Positions 11,641-23,811 of a DNA stretch of 51,894 nucleotides are shown in pieces (position 1 is the first letter of the stretch; each line of letters begins with the position of its first letter). The stretch spans positions 3,420,178 to 3,472,071 of the forward strand of contig NC_069007.1 in the NCBI RefSeq assembly GCF_001194135.2, given 5' to 3'. Below the pieces are notes generated by a model. The model was given only the letters and a program-made list of their open reading frames with translations. It was not told where the DNA came from and did no database searches. The DNA is from Octopus bimaculoides (lineage: Eukaryota). Made by a program: the position numbers and the translations under genes.

Positions 11641-14155
11641 CGTAGGACAGAGTGTAAGTGAATGAGTGTGAGTGAGTAAGTGTGAGTGAATGATGAGAGA
11701 CAGAGCGTGTGGGTGAGTGAGTGATGTAGGGTGGAGATGTTTGCATGAGAATGAGTGGGTGTGTGTGCATGAGTGAGTGATGTAGGACTTGGTGAGGGGG
11801 GGGGGGGAGTTATGTGTGAGTGCATGTGTGTGTGTGTATAAATGTGAATGAGTGTTATCTATCAGAATGCATGCGTGTGTGTGTGGCTGGGTGGGTGAAA
11901 AGTGCACAGTGTAAGAGTGTGAGAGTGAGTGACATATGTAGGACAGTGTGCAGGTAGGAGTAAGAGAGTGATGGTGGGTGAGTGAGTGGTGTATGTAGGA
12001 CAGGGAGTGAGAATGATATAATAATACCGTGTGTTGTATGTGCATGATATACGAAAGACTTGACTGAGTGAGTGAGAGAGAGACAGACAGAGATGTATAT
12101 ATGACTATGAGAGTAAGTGATGGAGCCCAATGCAACCCTGGGTTTCATCAGATCATCTCAAACTCTCAACCCGCTTATCTATAAACACTACCCAGCTGAG
12201 GGGTCGTGTCTTGCAGGTTATTCGGTGACCCCATTGGTGCCGGTGTCACACAAAAAACATCCCCAATACACTCTGGAAAGTGGTTGGTGTCAGGAAGGGC
12301 ATCCCAGCTGTAGAAACCATGCCAAAGCTGACGGGCAGAGCTCGATATAATCTCCTGACCTGCCAGCTGCTGTCGAATTGTCCAACCCATGCCAGCATGG
12401 AAAACGGACGTTAAATGATGAGGAAGACGATCAGGATGATAGGTGGATGGATGGACAGGTAAACATATATTGTTTAGTGTTGACTGTCAGAAAAAGAAAG
12501 AGTACTCAATACCAGAGCAGAGTTTCCCCGTTAGCTTAACGAGCCTTCCTCCCACACAGTGATTTGAACTCAAGAAAAAAAAGAAAAAGAAAAAAAGCAG
12601 GCTAACATTTCTTTCAAAATAAATTTTATTTGAATTAAACCCCCACCTACGAATACAAAAGGGACAAGTCTCTATNNNNNNNNNNNNNNNNNNNNNNNNN
12701 NNNNNNNNNNNNNNNNNNNNNNNNNNNNNNNNNNNNNNNNNNNNNNNNNNNNNNNNNNNNNNNNNNNNNNNNNNNNNNNNNNNNNNNNNNNNNNNNNNNN
12801 NNNNNNNNNNNNNNNNNNNNNNNNNNNNNNNNNNNNNNNNNNNNNNNNNNNNNNNNNNNNNNNNNNNNNNNNNNNNNNNNNNNNNNNNNNNNNNNNNNNN
12901 NNNNNNNNNNNNNNNNNNNNNNNNNNNNNNNNNNNNNNNNNNNNNNNNNNNNNNNNNNNNNNNNNNNNNNNNNNNNNNNNNNNNNNNNNNNNNNNNNNNN
13001 NNNNNNNNNNNNNNNNNNNNNNNNNNNNNNNNNNNNNNNNNNNNNNNNNNNNNNNNNNNNNNNNNNNNNNNNNNNNNNNNNNNNNNNNNNNNNNNNNNNN
13101 NNNNNNNNNNNNNNNNNNNNNNNNNNNNNNNNNNNNNNNNNNNNNNNNNNNNNNNNNNNNNNNNNNNNNNNNNNNNNNNNNNNNNNNNNNNNNNNNNNNN
13201 NNNNNNNNNNNNNNNNNNNNNNNNNNNNNNNNNNNNNNNNNNNNNNNNTATATATATATATATATATATCTTCTAATCTTTTATTTGTCCAGCCATGGGA
13301 CTGTAATCATGCTAGGGTACCATCTGGCAGAATCGTTAGCACACCGGGCTAAATGCTTTGCGGTATTTCATCTGTCTTTACGTTCTGAGTTCAAATTCTG
13401 CCGAGGTCGACTTTGCCTTTCATCCTTTCGAGGTCAATTGAATAAGTACCAGTTACGCACTGGAGTATTGGGGTTGCATAGTGTGTCTGTAGGGTGGATG
13501 TAGGTCTGAGTACAGGTCTGGAGAGCCAGGAACAACTGAACTTAAGTGTGATGAGTAAGTGCAGGCCTGAGTGTGAGCATAGTCATTGAGTGTAAGACAA
13601 TTATGGTGAGTGGAGGATTGTGTGTACATAAATGACTAAGATGTGTATTTGTGTAGACAATTGTGTTTGTGTGTATGTGTGTGTTCACACACGTGTATCT
13701 GTGTGCGTGTGTTTAAAACTATATGTTTATGTACAACATTATATATGTATGTGGTAGTGGGGGTTGGATGTAGGTGGCACTAAGAAAAAGAGTAAGATAG
13801 GGAGAAAAAAACGAAACAAAAAAAAACAAAAAAAAGAAAAGAAATCACCCCTCGTTAAAAGTCTACACAAAATTACACTTCTAATTAGTAGTTTTTGATA
13901 ATTCCAATATTTCTGATAATTCGAAACTATTTTTATAGGTCAATAACATAATGAAAAAAAAAAAAAAAAAAAAAAAAGAGCAAAGAAAAAGAGGAAAAGA
14001 AAAGAAAGAAGAAACCTGAAATGATCAGGTGAGGTTAATAGTCCATTTGTAATTACTTGATTGAATAGTAAAGACTAAATACTAGTGTGCGTCTGTGATA
14101 ACATTTCAGACAATAGAGTGACAGAAACGGTAAAGTGCCTTCTCTTATCTCCTGC

Positions 14156-14186
<31 letters not shown>

Positions 14187-14415
14187 ACCCCAAGCTCGTC
14201 TTTGATCTGGTTGGCCAATGATCAAAGGCTGCCCAGATATGTGACAATTATCCAGTTTTTGTTTGTGATTGCATGGTAAGAAGCTGGCTTCCCAACCATG
14301 AGGTCCTGGGTTCTGTCCACTGCGTGGTACCTTGGGCAAGTATCTTCTGCTATAGCCCAAGGCTGACGAAAGCCTTGTGAGTGGATTTGGTAGACAGAAA
14401 CTGAAAGAAGTCCAT

Positions 14416-14488
<73 letters not shown>

Positions 14489-14838
14489 TCATCATCATCG
14501 TCGTTTAACATCCGCTTTCCATGCTAGCATGGGTTGGACGATTTGACTGGAGGACTGGTGAACTGGATGACTACACCAGGCTCCAATCTGATTTGGCAGA
14601 GTTTCTACAGCTGGATGCACTTCCTGATGCCAACCACTTCTTATATATAAGAAGTAAAAAAGATTTGAAAAATCTAGGCAGATATCTATAAAGCACTCAG
14701 GGTTAATTGAATTTGGTTAATTATATCCAACAATTAGACACCGATAAGTTTAAGCAGAATAAATATCCAAAGTAATACTTCATGTATGACAAGTAAATCC
14801 AGATTTCATTTAGAATACACACACACACACACACGCAT

Positions 14839-15050
14839 GAGGGATGCTGTAAAGTTCCTTGGCTTTAAGGGTGTCGCAAAAGGCCTGGCTGGAAGCCCAA
14901 CTTTCCAAGTTCTTTTACAAGGCTTAGAAAAACTGAAGGACTGCTGCAATAAGTATGTATATCTGAGAGGGGAATATCTTGAGTAAAATCATAATTAACT
15001 GATCCTCCTGTATTTTCTTTTACGGAAAACCAGGAACTTTTCCAGGGCAA
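14839..15050 (+). mobile_element. Mariner-derived MITE, copy 1
   Basis: Imperfect TIRs (GAGGGATGCTGTAAAGTTCCTTGG ... CCAGGAACTTTTCC). The interior encodes LQGLEKLKDCCNKYVYLRGEYLE*, the mariner transposase C-terminal tail. Confidence 0.8.
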
Positions 15051-15139
15051 CACCAACGGCCTCTTAACGATTAGCCAAAGATGATTTTTAAAATGAGAAT
15101 ATCTGAAATAAGCTCGACTGCTCTCACAAACAACTGCTC

Positions 15140-15357
15140 TCAAAAATTAAGTAAATAAACAGGAAAAATAATCCAGAATCCTTGTCCAGTACTGGATCAA
15201 TCCCCAAACCTAATTAGTTCATGCCAGTCGTGAGGCCAAACATCCCTGAAAGTTTCATCTGAATCCATCCAACGGTTCTTGAGATATCTTGTCCACAGAC
15301 AAACAAACAAATATGACTGAAAACAATATCTCTGCCTTCGCTAAGGTGGAGGTAATA
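15140..15357. mobile_element. Non-autonomous element with terminal hairpin (Helentron/HINE-like)
   Basis: AAAGTTTCATCTGAATCCATCCAACGGTTCTTGAGATATC..ACAGACAAACAAAC..GAAAACAATATCTCTGCCTTCGCTAAGGTGGAGGTAAT, with a palindrome at 15330-15351. The class assignment is from memory. Confidence 0.4.
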
Positions 15358-17346
15358 AAAAACATATTAAAACAGAAATGAATGAAAGCAAAAGCCATAT
15401 TAAAGCTCAAAATATTACACACTTGATGAGATAAATATACTACACGGCTCACAGCCTATCCAAGGTAGTCTCAGTTCAACTGCACAACTCAAATAATATG
15501 CTCTTTGTACACAATATATGCCATATACAATATGGATTGGCAACAGGTGGGCCACGAAGGAGTTTTCTATGGCACAGCAACATTTTCTACGAATATTTCA
15601 AATCTAATGTATTCATGGTCCACCAAGCAATCGATGGCTTTTAAGTAGATTTCTGTGTCACTATTTTTGTCTAGTTTTTGCTTACGTAAGCATTAGTAGC
15701 GAGAGAAATGGGGTGGAACATACGGGGAGATTTTTATACGTAAGACACAATATAATATAGAGGAGACCTGGCTCTCTGTTGCCAGAGTAATCTGAACGTT
15801 AAAGAATTAAAAAGTGCTTAGCTCTATCATTCAGAGCCATCTTGAAGTGAGACTAAGGAAAAACAAGAATCACACAGAAGCTCCAGCATGAAATCTTTGA
15901 ATTTAAATCCTTTGTAGAAAACAACCAAAATTTAATCATTTCATTTTCTGACGGACAAGAATTTTAGCAGGGATTAAAGGATAATGTTGATTATATTAAC
16001 CATCCAGTATTTCAATGGGACTTCATTTTATCAATCCTAGGAGTTTGAAATTCAAAGTTAAACCAAGTACAATTTGAACTTAGGCTTCAAAGAACATAAT
16101 GATTCTAGCAGAATTTTGGCACAAGGCTAGGAATTTTAGGAGGAAAGGATTTAGTTAATCCCATCAGATCCAGTACTTGGTTGGTAATTTATTTTATCGA
16201 CCCCAGTGGGATGAAAGGCGAAGTTGACTTCAACAGGATTTGAACTCAGAAAGTAGAACTGAAACAATATAGTGCAAGGCATGCTTTGTTACCCACTCTG
16301 TCCGGATTCTTCTATCTCCTGCACCATCATCATCATCAATATCATAATTTGAAATCTGCTTTCCAAGCTGGCATGGGTTGGATGGTTTGACAGGAGCTGG
16401 CAAAGCCGGGAACCATACCAGGTAACATTACCTTCGTTTCTACACCGGAATGGCCCTTCTTAATGCTTTTTACATGGCACCAGAACTACTGCTTTTATGT
16501 GGCACCAACAGGGTCACCTAGTACCTTGTAGGACAATAAAAAATTTCAATTTTATGCACAGGGCCAGCAATTTTGAGGGAACAAGGAAGTCAATTATACT
16601 GACCCCAGTATTCAACTGGTACTTATTTTATCAACCCCAAAAGGAGTTTTTGGGCTTCAGAATGTAAATCTGCAAAAAATACTGCTAAGCATTTTGTCTG
16701 ATATGCTAACAATTCTGCTGGCTCACCAGCCAGCCAGCCAGCACCTGGCTATAAATGATAATGTATAACTTGAGTTGGGCACAGAAACAGCTGCAAGCCA
16801 ATGAAGGTCATTACATAATTTTGTTCCATTGTCATTTATTTAAATGACAATACCCAGATAGAAAAACGATCTTGAACCCTACCCAACCACCTCTCATGAC
16901 TTGTGTCATATATCACAAAACTTGTAAGACAATATCTGGACTTAAAAAAAACATATGCTAATTCACGAAAACATCCCTTCAGAATCAGATTCCAAAGGGC
17001 AAAAGAATGTCGAAGAAGCTTGAAAAATATCTCTGTGTTTTCAACCCTGTCAATCAGCAGCTGGTTTTAAAAGTCATCTGAGGGCTCATCGGCGGAGGGG
17101 TTGTGCTGTGTGATGGGGTGTGGTGTGTGTGTTGATGGGACAACTANNNNNNNNNNNNNNNNNNNNNNNNNNNNNNNNNNNNNNNNNNNNNNNNNNNNNN
17201 NNNNNNNNNNNNNNNNNNNNNNNNNNNNNNNNNNNNNNNNNNNNNNNNNNNNNNNNNNNNNNNNNNNNNNNNNNNNNNNNNNNNNNNNNNNNNNNNNNNN
17301 NNNNNNNNNNNNNNNNNNNNNNNNNNNNNNNNNNNNNNNNNNNNNN

Positions 17347-17377
<31 letters not shown>

Positions 17378-17659
17378 GTGTGTGTGTGTCTGCCCCCCTC
17401 CACCATTGCTTAACAACCGATGCTGGTGTGTTTATGTCCCCGTCACTTAGCAGTTCGGCAAAAGGGAGCGATAGAATAAGTACTAGGCTTACAAAGAATA
17501 AGTCCTGGGGTTGATTTGATTCGACTAAAAGGCGGTGCTCCAGCATGGCCACAGTCAAATGACTGAAATAAGCAAAAGAGTATATATATACATACATATA
17601 TATATGTATGTATGTGTGTGTGTATGTATGTATGTGTACACACATACACACGGGTATAA

Positions 17660-17930
17660 GAACAAGCTGAAGAACCTCTCAACAATCACTATGGCTCACA
17701 ACACTTTTGAGCAAACAGCCTTGAGTAGAACAAAATGGAGACCATCATCATGATTAGTATTAACCGGTTAAGGGGGCGGGGTGAGGCAAAGGAGAGAAGC
17801 AGCTGCATATATACTGTTGGCACTGACCCGTAATCCTCATGCTGGCAACATCTGCAGGCATTTTTCTGCAAATTGTTGACAGACTCGAATGACACGTTTG
17901 ACATAAGCATTATGGTTGACAAAGAAAGTG
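17660..17930 (+). mobile_element. Probable RTE LINE ORF end remnant
   Basis: KLKNLSTITMAHNTFEQTALSRTKWR resembles the LK..I...WE..A.DR..WR terminal motif. Confidence 0.4.
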
Positions 17931-18288
17931 TAGGTTATCGGAGCTTCACATGTCAAAACTGACAAGAGAGTCCATCATATATATATATTTATATATATCA
18001 CCACCATCACCATCATCATCATCATTTAATGTCCATTTTCCATGCTGGTATGGGTTGGATGGTCTGACATGAAGCTGGCCAGCCGGGAGCTGTCCAGACT
18101 CCAATTGTCTCTTGTGGCATGGTTTCCACGGTTGGGTGCCCTTCCTAATGCCCACCACTTAACAGAGTCTGCTGGTGGCTTTATATATATTTATACGTAT
18201 ATTTGTATTAATATTTAGCAAAAGCAACAGAGTAACTCAAGGGCCATGAGTTTCATGCTTTGACACTTATCTCTGCTGAATATTAATA

Positions 18289-18499
18289 TGTTGAAAAGTT
18301 CCTGGTTCTAAGGGTATTGTGAAAGGCCTGGTTGGAGGGCCAACCTTCCAAATTCTTTTGCAGGGCTTAGAAAAACTGAAGGACCACTGCAATAAGTGTG
18401 TGAATCTGAGAGGGGAAGATGTTAAATAAAATCATAATTGACTGATCCTCCTGTATTTTCTTTTACGGTAAACCAGGAACTTTTCAACACCCCCTCGTA
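18289..18499 (+). mobile_element. Mariner-derived MITE, copy 2
   Basis: TGTTGAAAAGTTCCTGG ... CCAGGAACTTTTCAACACCCCCTCGTA (terminal TA). Interior is colinear with copy 1. Confidence 0.85.
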
Positions 18500-18790
18500 T
18501 TCACAGCAGCAGCAGTAGTAGTAGTAGTAGTAACAGCAATAGTAGTGGGTTGTTTGCTTCAGCAATAGTAGTGGTGGTGGTGGTGGTGGTAGTGGTGGGT
18601 TTCAGACCAGTAGTAGTAGTGGTGGTGGCGGTTCACAGCAGCAGCAGCAGTAGTAGTAGTAGTAGTAACAGCAATAGTGGTGGGTTGGTTTACAGTAATA
18701 GTAGTAGTAGTAGTGGAGGTGGTTGTGGTAGTGGTTTGGTTCACAGCTGTAGTAAATAGTAATAGTAGTAGCAGCAGCAGCAGCAGCAAT
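18500..18790. repeat. Compound (AGT/AGC/GGT)n microsatellite
   Basis: Mixed trinucleotide runs that account for the poly-V/S/L/T ORFs. Confidence 0.9.
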
Positions 18791-18797
18791 ATAAAGT

Positions 18798-19050
18798 TGC
18801 CTCTATGTGGCAGCTCAGCTAGCTAGAAATAGATACCAAAACTCCCTCAAGCCTCACCCTACCTACTGCCACTATCTTAAAAAAATTTTTTTTTTTTTAA
18901 ACTAAAACAATCCACACATATGCTTATGTAGTCCTAGATACACTATGACGTCTGAGTAGAAGACAGGATGGTCACAACTGGAAATACCTTTGATTATAAG
19001 TCTGTTCAATTCGAACTGACCTGGTATTTAACAACAATAACAACAAAAAT
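18798..19050 (+). mobile_element. Retroposon family E, isolated copy
   Basis: GCTAGAAATAG..CTCCCTCAA..GTAGTCCTAGATACAC..GGATGGTCAC..CTGACCTGG..AACAACAATAACAAC tail. Confidence 0.65.
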
Positions 19051-19115
19051 GACAACAGCTGTTTCGTTGTAGCATTGATATACAGCCAGAAATCTAAAGG
19101 TGAGAAAGGATTGAT

Positions 19116-19505
19116 TTAACCCTTTAGCGTTTGGATTAACCTGTCAAACGCAATGTTTATTTATTTACATTGTTTCGAATTAATCGTGCATTATCTTGTA
19201 ACTTTGAGATTTCAACGATGCGATTGTTTATAATTTTAGAATGACATTGTAGGATAGGTGTGAGAGGCTGGATCTGGTCAGTGTGAACATAAAACACGTA
19301 GAATATTTCAGCCTAATATGGCTGGTTTAACCTCTTCGTATTCAGATTACCCTGTTAAATATTATGCTCATTTATTCACATTGTTTTGAATTAATCTTGC
19401 ATTATGTCATAGCTTTGAGATTTCAATGATGTGATTGTATATTTTTAGAATAACGTAGTAGGATAGGCGTGAGAGGATGGATCTGGCCAGTTTAAACATA
19501 AAATA
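19116..19505 (+). mobile_element. Two abutting copies of a piggyBac-like (TTAA) MITE
   Basis: Copy 1 starts TTAA|CCCTTTAGC at 19116. A colinear copy 2 starts after the TTAA at 19327-19330. Shared blocks include GAATTAATC.TGCATTAT, CTTTGAGATTTCAA.GATG.GATTG and GTGAGAGG.TGGATCTGG.CAGT. Confidence 0.6.
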
Positions 19506-19889
19506 TGTACATTATTTACATTTGACGGATATTTGTCCTCATCTTGTATATTTGTGTGTCTGTGTTTGTCCCCCCAATATCGCTTGACAACCGATGCTGG
19601 TGTGTTTACATCCCCGTAACTTAGCAGTTCGGCAAAAGAGACCGATAGAATAAGTACTAGGCTTTCAAAGAACAAGTCCTGGGGTCGATTTGCTCGACTA
19701 AAGGTGGTGCTCCAGCATGGCCACAGTCAAAAAGACTGAAACAAGTAAAAGAGTATATATATATATCTATAATGTGATAAGTACTAGGCTTACAAAGAAT
19801 AAGTCCTGGGGTTGATTTGCTCCAGCATGGCCGCAGTCAAATGACTGAAACAAGTAAAAGAGTATATAATACAAACCACGTGTTTGCAA

Positions 19890-19960
19890 AGCGAGCTTAG
19901 TCACACAGCCGTGCCTGTGCGCCTGCGCTGAACCGTTTTCGTGTATCTACAGAGACCTTC
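19890..19960. promoter_or_regulatory. Second NRF1-like motif patch
   Basis: GTGCGCCTGCGCTG at 19917-19930 is the exact reverse complement of 31007-31020 and is followed by about 280 bp of unique sequence. Confidence 0.3.
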
Positions 19961-20787
19961 GGAATGGAAGAGATCAGAAGAGAAAACTGTGACTAACGGA
20001 GAACAGAAATGGAAGCAATCAACCAGAAACCCCCCCTCGCACACCCCTACAACCACCACCACCACCACCACCAGCTGGATATTCAATTCCCGAACAAGAA
20101 TTGCGGCCTTATGTTCACCTACTAAAAGTAATCAATATTTTCATTATCGCTCGTGCAAAGCGAGAAAACGATTCTTTATGGAAATGTCTAATATATCTCC
20201 CGAATAATACATACATAAATATATTTGGTGTCATTAAATACTTTGCTTAATTATTCATCAGCTTACAACAAACACACACTCACACAAACAAACACACGCA
20301 CGCATACACAAATTCAAAGTCTTTTCTAGTTACTACACAATGGCGGTTAGCAGAAATTCTGAGTGCAATGACATGCATGCACATATTTAATATTTCAACA
20401 CGTTAATTTGCTTAAAATATAATCTTGCAGCAAAATACTATTCTTTTATTATTTTCTTCCTTTTTTTTTTTTTTTACTTTTTTTCTTTTATTTGTTTGAC
20501 ATTTTGACTGCAACCATGCTGGAGCACTGCCTTCAGTCGAGCAAATTGAACCCCACCCCCCACCCAGGAAATTCTTTGTAAACCTAATACTTATTCTGTC
20601 GGTCTCTTTTGGCAAACCGCTAGGTTACAGGGACGTAAACACCAGCATCAGTTGTCAAACGATGGTGGGGTAACAAAAACAGATGCACAAACATACACAC
20701 ACACACACTAAGTTACAGGGACGTAAACACACCAGCATTGGTTGTCAAGCAATGGGGGTGGGGAGACAAACACAGACACACAAACAT

Positions 20788-20820
<33 letters not shown>

Positions 20821-21303
20821 CAACGGGCTTCTTTAAGTTTCCGTCTACCAAATCCACTCACAAGGCTTNNNNNNNNNNTAAGTTTCCGTCTACCAAATCC
20901 ACTCACAAGGCTTTGGTCAGCCCGAGGCTATAATACAAGACACTTGCCCAAGGTGCCATGCAGTGGGACTGAACCCGGAACCATGTAATTGGGAAGCAAC
21001 CTACTTACCACACAGCCACTTCTGCGTCTGTATATATATTTATATATAGATATATATATGTACTTATATTACTATATATATATATATATCTCTTTTACTC
21101 TTTTACTTGTTTCAGTCTTTTGACTGTGGCCATGCTTGAGCACCGCCTTTTAGTCGAGCAAATCGACCCCAGGACTTATTCTTTAGAAGCCTAGTACTTA
21201 TTCTATCGATCTCTTTTGTCGAACCGCTAAGTTACGGGGACATAAACACACCAGCATCGGTTGTCAAGCGATGTTGGGGGGACAAACACACACATACAAA
21301 CAT

Positions 21304-21336
<33 letters not shown>

Positions 21337-22984
21337 CATATATACGACGGGCTTNNNNNNNNNNNNNNNNNNNNNNNNNNNNNNNNNNNNNNNNNNNNNN
21401 NNNNNNNNNNNNNNNNNNNNNNNNNNNNNNNNNNNNNNNNNNNNNNNNNNNNNNNNNNNNNNNNNNNNNNNNNNNNNNNNNNNNNNNNNNNNNNNNNNNN
21501 NNNNNNNNNNNNNNNNNNNNNNNNNNNNNNNNNNNNNNNNNNNNNNNNNNNNNNNNNNNNNNNNNNNNNNNNNNNNNNNNNNNNNNNNNNNNNNNNNNNN
21601 NNNNNNNNNNNNNNNNNNNNNNNNNNNNNNNNNNNNNNNNNNNNNNNNNNNNNNNNNNNNNNNNNNNNNNNNNNNNNNNNNNNNNNNNNNNNNNNNNNNN
21701 NNNNNNNNNNNNNNNNNNNNNNNNNNNNNNNNNNNNNNNNNNNNNNNNNNNNNNNNNNNNNNNNNNNNNNNNNNNNNNNNNNNNNNNNNNNNNNNNNNNN
21801 NNNNNNNNNNNNNNNNNNNNNNNNNNNNNNNNNNNNNNNNNNNNNNNNNNNNNNNNNNNNNNNNNNNNNNNNNNNNNNNNNNNNNNNNNNNNNNNNNNNN
21901 NNNNNNNNNNNNNNNNNNNNNNNNNNNNNNNNNNNNNNNNNNNNNNNNNNNNNNNNNNNNNNGGGGGGGGGGATAACCATGTGAAGAGGCTGCGGATGCT
22001 GTCTTTTAAATATTACATCACTGGCAACAGTGCAAGTGGATATAAGAGTAGAGCCGTGTGGATGGGAGTGGAAGATACCCAGCGGTGCAGTCTGCATAAA
22101 ACCAAAACAGCAAAGTCGTTATCAACAAATTGGATGTGAATACATGCATGCATGTGGCCATGGTGAGGAGGCTTATACATTAGGCCAGATTTGTCTGGCA
22201 GTACAAGTAAAGATTACACTTCACCGAAGAGAATGAATAAAACTGAAACATGTCTGGAGTTGTCCCACCCTGGTACTAAAATCAGACTCCCTTGCTTTCA
22301 TTGTACACATTCTACTTGGGGAGTGGGGGCAGATGGAATTCTTTGAGGCAAATTTTCTACAGCTGGATACCTTTCCTGTCACCAACCCTCACCTGTTTCC
22401 AGTAAAGGTTGTATTTTCCCATGGCCAGACATGTATTCATGGAAGATTAGAAAAAAATGGCACTGCTCACATGAGAGTAATACTCATTTACAAATATTAT
22501 GCCACACTGTAAAGTGGTTGGCATTTGGAAGGGCATCCAGCTGTAAAAACCTTGCCAAAACTGACCTTGCTTGTGCCACGTAAAAAGCACTCAGTCCATT
22601 CTGCTGGGTGGTTGGTGTTAGGAAGGGCATCCAGCTGTAAAAACCATGCCAAAAACAGACACAGAAGTCTGGTGCAGGCTTCTGCCTGGGTGGCTCCTGT
22701 CAAACCATCCAACCCCATGCCATTATGGAAGGCGGACATTAAACAATGATGATGATGTCGAGACAAGGAGAAACATACAAACACAACCACAACAGGCTTC
22801 TTTACAGTTTCTGTCTACGAAATCCACTCACAAGGCTTTGGTCAGCCTGGGGTTATAGGGGGAAAAACACTTGCCCAAAATGCTATGCAACAGGACAGAA
22901 CCTGAAACCATGTGGCTGGGAAACAGTCATCTAAACCGAACAGCCAATCCTGCACCTATTCACACCAGCACGTGGTGCGGAAAA

Positions 22985-23380
22985 TGTGGGAAAAAATTGT
23001 GAATTCTTGCATGAAGACCATTAACAGACAGGAAGCCAAATCTCTCAAGTGATTGGAATCAGTTACAGAGTTTGTCTGGAGATTCTCTGGGAAATCTGAA
23101 TAAGCCTTGCTTTCCCGTAAAGTTTTTCACAAGGAACAAAATGGAAATTGTTTCAAATCTTCTCTATATTCACTCGGTCTATACCCCTGTGAATTTACCA
23201 TCTTTCTCCAAAAGGAAACCAAAGAGGCACCACTTCGGCACAACCAGAATTGCCAGTGATATTAGATAACCTTTGGGAAGAGGGCTTTCTAGTGCTTTTA
23301 AGGAGTGGAAGACACTTTAGGGATCGGTACTTATTCTCCAAAGGGGATTATTTCAAAAAGGATGGCGCCTGAATATAAAT
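22985..23380 (+). mobile_element. Decayed mariner transposase fragment
   Basis: FFTRNKMEIVSNLLY..S.YTP.. (approximately FL.KN.M..VPHPPYSPDLAP) and AFKEWKTL*DRY..SKGDYFKKD (approximately FEQWK.RW.KCI...GDYFE). Confidence 0.6.
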
Positions 23381-23748
23381 ATTACATTATCATACATTAC
23401 TGTGTATATTTTATTTTTTATTTGTTACAATCATTAGATTGTGGCCATGCTGGAGCACTGCCTCTTAGTCAAACAAATCAACCCCAGGACTTATTCTTTA
23501 TAAGCCCAGTACTTATTCTATCAGTTTTCTTTTGCTGAACCACTAAGTTACAGCGACATAGACACACCAACATTGGTTGTCACGCGTTGGTGGGGGTGGG
23601 GGGCAAACAGACACGCAAATATACACATATACATTATGTATATACAATGAGCTTCTTTCAGTTTCTGTCTACCAAATCCACTCACAAGGCATTGGTCGGC
23701 CTACGGTTATAGTAGAAGACACTTGCCCAAGGTGCCATGCAGTGGGAC

Positions 23749-23811
<63 letters not shown>

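Noticed and set aside
19930-20030. Conserved miRNA or snRNA gene
   Set aside because: No match to the bilaterian miRNA or snRNA sequences I remember and no clear long hairpin. The search was by eye and not exhaustive.
22030-22240. Possible RTE zinc-finger remnant (SGRYP...)
   Set aside because: The similarity is too short and degenerate to support.
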